Origin: Flavobacteriales bacterium
GTDB lineage: Bacteria; Bacteroidota; Bacteroidia; Palsa-965
NCBI GenBank assembly: GCA_040377305.1
Contig: JBEIPA010000008.1
Span: 96,001 to 160,000 of the forward strand
Direction: 5' to 3'
Length of the DNA stretch: 64,000 nucleotides
Position numbers and translations under genes: made by a program. Shown here one piece after another: positions 57,450 through 64,000 of this stretch (position 1 is its first letter; each line of letters begins with the position of its first letter). The notes beneath the pieces were generated by a model. The model had not been told where the DNA came from and did not search any database. It saw only the letters and a list, made by a program, of their open reading frames with translations.

Positions 57450-59651
57450 ATGAAAACAACAAACTCAAAATCTAAATGGCTAAGCCGTGCAACGTTATTA
57501 ATTGCGCTGGTAGCAAGCACACTCACTCATGCGCAGGCGCCATGCGATGTCTACGATTGTAACGCTGCTCCAGGACCATGGACCCAAGTGGGCACAGGTG
57601 TCTCACTTAGCGGTACCAATATTTCCATGTCCGCGGCGGGATCTGGTGGACCTGCACGATATGTGCACACAACCCTAACTGGTGGTGTGCTCAATAACAA
57701 TTGGGTATGCGATTTCGAATTCAAGGTAAGTAGTGGTTCGGGACCCGCTCATTCTTTAGTTTCGTTTACGGAAGGGTCAGGTGCAGGTGTCGTGAGCGCT
57801 CATGGTTATTGGTCTGGTGCAACTTTTCAGTATTACCGGACACATTGCATAGAAGCATATCTGATCGCTCCATACGGCACCTCAAATCCTAATTCGTGGG
57901 AACTGCGCGGGCAATCAAAATTGCGTGTGGGTGGTGCATATGGATCCACTACGACTACGCCAATTCCATGGGCAAGTTCAGCTCCCATTTCTCTTGGGCC
58001 GAGTTGGAGCAGTTCAAAAATATACTACGGACGTTTGCAACGACTCGATGCGACCCACGGTCTAATAAGTCTATTTTCCGATCCTTTGCGCACGGTATCG
58101 ATGGGATCACAATGCTTTCCAATTGATCCAGGTATAACAGGACTCACAGCTGTTCAGAACGGAACATTTGCTGAAGGATCGGTGGGTCGGTGGGTTACGG
58201 GTAGTGTGGATAATATCAGCGTGTGTAAACTTTCTCCAGTGATAAGTGGACCAACTTCCATTTGTGCTTCTGGTACGGGTGTATTCACGATGTGGAGTGG
58301 AAACTCGGCCATTACGGGTGGTATAAATGGTTTTCCCGGATCCACTGGTATTACATGGTCAGGAGGATCTTCTTACTCACCCGGTCCAGGTGGAATTTCG
58401 AGCACAAGTCCTCCCGGACTTCACAATGAATGCACCATTAGTATGACTGCTACCGGATGGATCAGTTGTACAATTAACTATCCATGTGGTGCTTCCGTTA
58501 CCTATTCCAAATACGTCATCGTAAATCCGCTGCCCACCTCCGTCATAACGGGCCCAGCTATGTTCTGTGCAGGTGCACCAATCCTACTCAATGGATCCGG
58601 ATCAACCAATGAAACTTCACACCGCTGGAAAGTAATTGAAACAGATGCATTCGGAGTGCCAGTTGCTGGTGCTTTATGGTGCGGTTATCCTACATGGACT
58701 CCTGGACCGGCAGGTTCGGTGAACATTTCTGCAATTCTACCTTGTTTATTTCCTTGTGGCAAACATTACAAAGCACGACTAGAAACACAAAACAGCTGCG
58801 GTAATGGTTCTGCTGAACACATATTTTTTGTGGCTTGTCCTCCAACTATCACAGTAACAGGTCCACCAGCGATCTGTGCAGGATCATGTGCTACGCTGAC
58901 CGCTTCTGGTGCAAGTCCGTTCTCGTATGTGTGGAGTCCATCAACCGGGCTCAGTTGCACCAATTGTGTGAGTCCGACGGCATGTCCAACATCAACTCAA
59001 GTTTATACTGTGCAAGGGACTTCTCTATTTGGTTGTACGGGTACTACAACCTATACACTGAATGTGAATCCAACCCCTACAGTTACACTTGGTCCGGATA
59101 TGTTTATCTGCTGTAGCAATTACTCGAACATCGACACCATCCCTCCTCCTACCGTAACCGGAGGTACCGGTCCATATTCATGTGTATGGACGTCGACTCC
59201 TGCCGCTGCCACCAGTATGTTGGCGTGTTCTCACTCGGGAGCGCATACGGGTACAACTTGTCACGCTCCAATGTTTCTCTGGCCTTGTCCTACATCTCCA
59301 ATAACGTATACAATGACAGTTACGGATGGAAACGGTTGTACCGGGATGGATGTTATTGTTCTCACGAATGATCCTGGCTGTCGCATGGCACAACACGCAA
59401 TCGACGATCAAGATGACACGCATCCAGCTTCGATCTTCCCTAACCCTGCCACCAAACTAATCACGGTGAACACTACAGAGGTTGCGAATCAGATCTTCAT
59501 TACGGATGCAATGGGACGTTCTGTACTAACGGTACAACCAGTAGCTGAACAAACACAGATTGATATCAGCACACTGTCGCCTGGAATTTACTTCGTGCAG
59601 ATCATGCAAGGTGAAGTCATTCAGACGGAACGATTGATCATTGAAGAATAA
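57450..59651 (+). CDS. Cys/Pro/Thr-rich T9SS type A secreted protein with PKD-like domains
   Basis: Signal peptide; WSPSTGLSCTNC..P.A.P..T..YTV; C-terminal IFPNPA...LSPGIYFV. Confidence 0.87.
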   Translation: MKTTNSKSKWLSRATLLIALVASTLTHAQAPCDVYDCNAAPGPWTQVGTGVSLSGTNISMSAAGSGGPARYVHTTLTGGVLNNNWVCDFEFKVSSGSGPAHSLVSFTEGSGAGVVSAHGYWSGATFQYYRTHCIEAYLIAPYGTSNPNSWELRGQSKLRVGGAYGSTTTTPIPWASSAPISLGPSWSSSKIYYGRLQRLDATHGLISLFSDPLRTVSMGSQCFPIDPGITGLTAVQNGTFAEGSVGRWVTGSVDNISVCKLSPVISGPTSICASGTGVFTMWSGNSAITGGINGFPGSTGITWSGGSSYSPGPGGISSTSPPGLHNECTISMTATGWISCTINYPCGASVTYSKYVIVNPLPTSVITGPAMFCAGAPILLNGSGSTNETSHRWKVIETDAFGVPVAGALWCGYPTWTPGPAGSVNISAILPCLFPCGKHYKARLETQNSCGNGSAEHIFFVACPPTITVTGPPAICAGSCATLTASGASPFSYVWSPSTGLSCTNCVSPTACPTSTQVYTVQGTSLFGCTGTTTYTLNVNPTPTVTLGPDMFICCSNYSNIDTIPPPTVTGGTGPYSCVWTSTPAAATSMLACSHSGAHTGTTCHAPMFLWPCPTSPITYTMTVTDGNGCTGMDVIVLTNDPGCRMAQHAIDDQDDTHPASIFPNPATKLITVNTTEVANQIFITDAMGRSVLTVQPVAEQTQIDISTLSPGIYFVQIMQGEVIQTERLIIEE

Positions 59652-59670
59652 CACAACCAGATAAAACGTA

Positions 59671-59710
59671 AACGTCCGGAAGATTATACTTCCGGACGTT
59701 TTATTTTTTT
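59671..59710. terminator. Bidirectional intrinsic terminator
   Basis: AAACGTCCGGAAG-ATTATA-CTTCCGGACGTTT between convergent genes. Confidence 0.85.
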
Positions 59711-59724
59711 ACATCAGTTGATCA

Positions 59725-61191
59725 TTACTCCGTCACCGGCTGTTCGCCAAAGCGAAAACCAACCGTAAGCAGAACATTGATTGACTTCCACTTGTTCTCT
59801 ACCGGTTTTGCCAGCGACTGATCATAGAAGAAATAATTCTCCGTGTAACGCTGTGATACAAATCCAAGATCAACATAGAATGCATCGTTCGGATCGCGGT
59901 AACCCACACCACCTGTGATATACAAGCGGGCAACTTCGTTATTCACTTGCGGATTATACGGTGATCCATAGTAACCCATCCCTGCACGAACACTAAACGG
60001 AACAAATTTCATTTCTACACCCGCACGGATATTGCTCGCAGCTTTGTACTTCATTCGCACCTGCGCATTCTCGTCGAAAAAATTGTAGTCGGTCGATTTG
60101 AGTTTGCCGTCTGAGTAATCGACCATCTCATATTCCGCACTGATGAGCGCAAACTTTCCTACCACAACCGCAACGCTACCGGTCACACGCATTGGTGTAC
60201 GAATGGTGTAATTATAGTTTCCACTTGGCGATTCATACGCACGTAACGTATCACCAAGAATGGACTTCATCTTCGAGAAATACGTATCGCTGAGTTTCAA
60301 ATTCGTTGGTGAAGCAAATGCAAGTCCCACTCGTAACCAATCTGTCGCACGGAATATCACTCCGGCCTTGAAGTTGATACCGCGGCCTTTAGTTTCGAGA
60401 TACTGCTGAAACTCCAGATAGTCGAAATTCGAAACAGTATCGTACACTTCCTCTTCGGTGTAGAAAGTCGTTTCTTCATACTTCACGGTGGGAATACCAA
60501 TGCTCGCGCCGATGTAAAGTCGGTTATCGTAATTCGCGCCACCACCAAATGTCCACTCGCCCATTCCTCCGCGCATTTCAACCTGCTTGAACTGCCGAAG
60601 TGAATCTCCATCCGGAACACGATCGATGTAGTGAGTCGTATCCATGTACGGATCCATGAGATATGTTTCCCAGGCCAGACCTTCGTTGAAATAATCGAGA
60701 CTTGAAGGACCAGTACCAGCTGCACTTCGGGTCCAACTGTCGAGCATTGAAGTGTTCGAAGTTCCGGTCATCATCAGATTCGCCTGGAACGAATTGGTGC
60801 GGTTGTATGAAATTCCCATGGCGAGCATCTGCCAGCCGTGATCGGTTCGTATTTCAGGACGGGTAGCAACAACAAAACCGAACTCATCAACTTTCATGTT
60901 GAAGCGTTGGTCGCTGCTCATTGTGTCGTTGTAAGTCGAATTTACCGTCATGTTGTAGAACGACGGCGTGAACGAGAAATCGCTTTTGCGGAACACAGCT
61001 ATGCCGGCAGGATTGGTCGACATGGTTGAAACGTCGCCACCTAATGCACCGAATGCCCCGCCCATTGAAACGAACCGTGCTGTGCCGCCAAATCCCTGTC
61101 GGGAATAACGCAACACATCCTGTTCATTCTGACCAAATGCAAAAAGGGAAAGTAGTACGGAAGCACCGCACAGGATTAACTGCTTCATCAC
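59725..61191 (-). CDS. OmpP1/FadL-like outer-membrane transporter
   Basis: GTARFVSMGGAFGALGGD.S....NPAGIAVFR; terminal TVGFRF. Confidence 0.88.
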   Translation of the reverse strand: MMKQLILCGASVLLSLFAFGQNEQDVLRYSRQGFGGTARFVSMGGAFGALGGDVSTMSTNPAGIAVFRKSDFSFTPSFYNMTVNSTYNDTMSSDQRFNMKVDEFGFVVATRPEIRTDHGWQMLAMGISYNRTNSFQANLMMTGTSNTSMLDSWTRSAAGTGPSSLDYFNEGLAWETYLMDPYMDTTHYIDRVPDGDSLRQFKQVEMRGGMGEWTFGGGANYDNRLYIGASIGIPTVKYEETTFYTEEEVYDTVSNFDYLEFQQYLETKGRGINFKAGVIFRATDWLRVGLAFASPTNLKLSDTYFSKMKSILGDTLRAYESPSGNYNYTIRTPMRVTGSVAVVVGKFALISAEYEMVDYSDGKLKSTDYNFFDENAQVRMKYKAASNIRAGVEMKFVPFSVRAGMGYYGSPYNPQVNNEVARLYITGGVGYRDPNDAFYVDLGFVSQRYTENYFFYDQSLAKPVENKWKSINVLLTVGFRFGEQPVTE

Positions 61192-61204
61192 TCGTAAATT
61201 CTAA

Positions 61205-62506
61205 TTACCGCGGACGATTTCCGGCGCCACCTGCGTTATTTCCACCACCACCACCAGAACCACCATTGTCTCTTCCACCATTGTTGGCAGGCGCAGGAGA
61301 ATTACCTCCATTGTTATCGCGACCACCCTGATAAGAAGGTGTAGGTTCCGGAGCTGTAGTATTGCTTGGACGACTGAAGTCTGGAGCCGGTGGTGTCTGG
61401 TCGCGTTGCTGCGAAGTACCGCCGTTCGAGAAATCAGGTGCTGCAGGAACACCGTTACCTTGCTGCTGTGTATTTGTCGTTGTTGGAACTCCATCGCGAC
61501 CCACATTCGTACTTCCTGGCTGCGCATTTGTAGGTGCATTCGCATCGCGTCCTGTATTCTGCGCTTGCGTTGCTACATACGTCTCGCGCGTTACACGATT
61601 AACGTCTTCAATAGTTGCATCCTGAATTCCATGTGATTCAGCAATAGCCGTAGTGTAGCGCTCACCAAATGCCGGACCGCCCGAACCAGCTACACGACCA
61701 TCAGTCGCTGTTGGTTGATGACGTGGACCATAGTAGTCGCTATTCTCGTCGAATGAGTTGTAGTAATAGTTGTTATTGTTGCCATTACCGTAATTGTTCC
61801 CGTTACCATAGCCGTAACCATTGCCATAGCCGTAACCATAAGGGTTATAACCATATCCATACGGATTGTACCCGTAATTGCAGTAACCACTATTCCATCC
61901 CGGATTGTAGCTGTAGTAAGGATTGTATCCCCAACCTTGGTTTGCCCATGGATCATAATATCCACCATAACCATAAGGATTGCCATAATACATTCCCGTT
62001 CCCCATGCCCAACCACTGTTGTAATAGAAGTAGGCCGATGGGCAGTAGTTATACGCGTAAGCGGAAGGTCCCCAGAAGCTGTAGCTGTTGTACAAGCTTG
62101 TTCCGTAGTAATTCGGATTCTGGTTGTAGTAGTACGAGTTCGTGTAATAGTTGTCGTAATAGTTCGTCGCAGGAGCCGAAGAATGGAAACGTCTCAGGCG
62201 TGCAGCGTATTCGTAATCGTAATAATCATCGTAGTCAAACGGCTGATCGTAATAGTCAGTACCCGGTGAAGTAGCCATTGCTTTGGCATTATTCGCCTGA
62301 ATCTGTTTTTGAGCAGCCTCTTCTTCCTTACGTTTTTGATCAGCTTCTGCTTTTTTCTTCTCAGCAGCACGTTCTTTTTTCGCGTCCTTCATTGAGAAGT
62401 ACACATCGTCCCCATCCTTCTGTTTCGAAAGATCCTTGAACGATTTGCAGGAACTATAGCCTATCAGCAATACTGAGGCTAAGAATATTTTCACGGCAGT
62501 TTTCAT
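61205..62506 (-). CDS. Tyr/Gly/Asn-rich low-complexity lipoprotein, hypothetical
   Basis: Lipobox [20 protein letters not shown], long Y-rich tract, Gly-rich tail. Confidence 0.8.
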   Translation of the reverse strand: MKTAVKIFLASVLLIGYSSCKSFKDLSKQKDGDDVYFSMKDAKKERAAEKKKAEADQKRKEEEAAQKQIQANNAKAMATSPGTDYYDQPFDYDDYYDYEYAARLRRFHSSAPATNYYDNYYTNSYYYNQNPNYYGTSLYNSYSFWGPSAYAYNYCPSAYFYYNSGWAWGTGMYYGNPYGYGGYYDPWANQGWGYNPYYSYNPGWNSGYCNYGYNPYGYGYNPYGYGYGNGYGYGNGNNYGNGNNNNYYYNSFDENSDYYGPRHQPTATDGRVAGSGGPAFGERYTTAIAESHGIQDATIEDVNRVTRETYVATQAQNTGRDANAPTNAQPGSTNVGRDGVPTTTNTQQQGNGVPAAPDFSNGGTSQQRDQTPPAPDFSRPSNTTAPEPTPSYQGGRDNNGGNSPAPANNGGRDNGGSGGGGGNNAGGAGNRPR

Positions 62507-62561
62507 TTGGATCAGATTACCTTTGAAATTCAGCAAATTCGCACAGGGGATGATAATGTGC

Positions 62562-62569
62562 TATTTTTG
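62562..62569 (+). promoter_or_regulatory. Putative -7 promoter element TATTTTTG for proS
   Basis: TAnnTTTG about 50 bp upstream of ATG 62621. Confidence 0.55.
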
Positions 62570-62620
62570 CATTCTATTCTAGTAAAGTTACAAAAATCAT
62601 TCCAAAAAACACCCGGATTT

Positions 62621-64000
62621 ATGTCCAAGATATTGACAAGCCGCAGTCAGGATTACAGCCAATGGTACAATGATATTGTCATGAAAGCTGACCTTGCCGA
62701 CCATTCTGCCGTCCGTGGCTGTATGGTCATTAAACCAAGCGGCTATGCTGTATGGGAAATGATGCAACAGGCGCTGGACAAGATGTTTAAGGACACAGGA
62801 CATGTCAATGCATACTTCCCGTTATTAATCCCGAAATCTTTCCTGAGCAAGGAAGCAAAACACGTTGCCGGATTTGCTCAGGAATGTGCTGTTGTAACAC
62901 ATCATCGCCTGAAAACAGTTGGCGATACTCCTGAAACACGTCAGGTGGTTGTTGACGAGACTTCAAAGCTGGAAGAAGAACTGATAATTCGTCCGACTTC
63001 GGAAACCATCATCTGGAATACATACCGCGACTGGATCAAAAGCCACCGCGATCTGCCTTTGCTCATTAACCAGTGGGCAAACGTAGTTCGCTGGGAAATG
63101 CGCACGCGTTTGTTTCTTCGTACTGCAGAATTTCTCTGGCAGGAAGGTCACACTGCGCACGCAACCAAAGCAGAAGCGATAGAAGAAACAGAAAAAATGC
63201 TTGGCGTGTATTCCGATTTTGCGGAACAGTTCATGGCTATCCCGGTGATACGCGGAATTAAGACGGAGAGTGAACGTTTTGCAGGAGCAGAAGAAACCTA
63301 TTGCATCGAAGCATTGATGCAGGACGGAAAAGCTTTGCAGGCGGGAACATCCCATTTCCTTGGACAAAATTTTGCAAAGGCATTCGAAGTGAAGTTTGCA
63401 AATAGCGAGAACAAGCTCGAGTACGTTTGGGCAACCTCCTGGGGTGTTTCAACACGTTTAATGGGTGCGCTCATTATGAGTCACTCCGATGATAACGGAT
63501 TGGTTCTTCCGCCGAAGCTGGCTCCTACACAGGTAGTGATCGTTCCGATTTTCAAAACCGATGAGGAGCGTGCTGCTATTGGAGAAGCTGCTGAAAAGAT
63601 CATGCTGGAACTGCGTGCGAAAAACATCACGGTGAAATTTGACAAGCGCGACAAAGAACGTCCGGGCTACAAGTTTGCAGAACATGAGTTGCGCGGAATT
63701 CCTGTGCGACTTGGAATCGGACCAAAAGACCTTGCCAACGGCAGCGTGGAAATGGCTCGTCGCGACACACTGACTAAGGAAGTAGTTCCGATGGATGGTC
63801 TTGCTGACCGCATTGCGACGATGCTGGAAGATATTCAGTCATCACTATATAAGAGAGCACTTGAACGTCGGGAAGCAATGAGTCACTACGTAAATACGTG
63901 GGAAGAATTCGAAGCGGCCCTCGACAAAGGCGGATTCATTTTCGCTCACTGGGACGGAACAGCTGCCACTGAAGCCAAGATTAAAGAAAGAACGAAAGCG
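62621..64000 (+). CDS. proS: Proline--tRNA ligase, archaeal/eukaryote-type (3' truncated; missing from the ORF track)
   Basis: Manual translation: [16 protein letters not shown]...HVNAYFPL...IRPTSET...[28 protein letters not shown]...[17 protein letters not shown]...SWGVSTRL. Confidence 0.97.
   Translation, partial: MSKILTSRSQDYSQWYNDIVMKADLADHSAVRGCMVIKPSGYAVWEMMQQALDKMFKDTGHVNAYFPLLIPKSFLSKEAKHVAGFAQECAVVTHHRLKTVGDTPETRQVVVDETSKLEEELIIRPTSETIIWNTYRDWIKSHRDLPLLINQWANVVRWEMRTRLFLRTAEFLWQEGHTAHATKAEAIEETEKMLGVYSDFAEQFMAIPVIRGIKTESERFAGAEETYCIEALMQDGKALQAGTSHFLGQNFAKAFEVKFANSENKLEYVWATSWGVSTRLMGALIMSHSDDNGLVLPPKLAPTQVVIVPIFKTDEERAAIGEAAEKIMLELRAKNITVKFDKRDKERPGYKFAEHELRGIPVRLGIGPKDLANGSVEMARRDTLTKEVVPMDGLADRIATMLEDIQSSLYKRALERREAMSHYVNTWEEFEAALDKGGFIFAHWDGTAATEAKIKERTKA

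Noticed and set aside
61700-62260. Tandem repeat or ncRNA in the TAG/TAA/CCA-rich tract
   Set aside because: It is explained by Tyr/Gly/Asn codons of the minus-strand lipoprotein.
62597-63685. Short ORFs listed in the track near the window end
   Set aside because: They are shadows of proS, which runs off the window and so was not listed in the ORF track.

Overview
This is a gene-dense chromosomal window from a Bacteroidota-like bacterium, judged from T9SS C-terminal sorting domains, TAnnTTTG-type promoters and an archaeal/eukaryote-type ProRS. Housekeeping genes (purL, gap, lpxH, gatB, PNP, lpxK, nif3-like, proS, crcB) are mixed with secreted T9SS cargo, lipoproteins and a LytS/LytTR pair. 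I saw no rRNA, tRNA, CRISPR array, integrase or classical transposase. The most striking unexplained structure is a ~93-bp repeat family (GGAACGCGGATTTTGAT...CTCGGATCA...TTGGATTTTATGAGATA) with 10 full copies and 1 partial copy in two clusters. At 48.4-49.3 kb an inward-facing pair tightly brackets a GxxExxY PD-(D/E)XK nuclease gene. At 28.2-29.2 kb the same units form gene-less inverted pairs and tandem arrays. This resembles an autonomous plus non-autonomous (RAYT/REPIN- or MITE-like) system built on a GxxExxY nuclease, which is an inference. Other observations: in-frame palindromic insertions at the same site in two paralogs, a decayed duplicate of the lpxH 3' end that marks a gene insertion, several other short intergenic repeat families, and 21-bp-spaced LytTR-like boxes upstream of T9SS cargo genes. 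All calls were made by eye, with no database searches.
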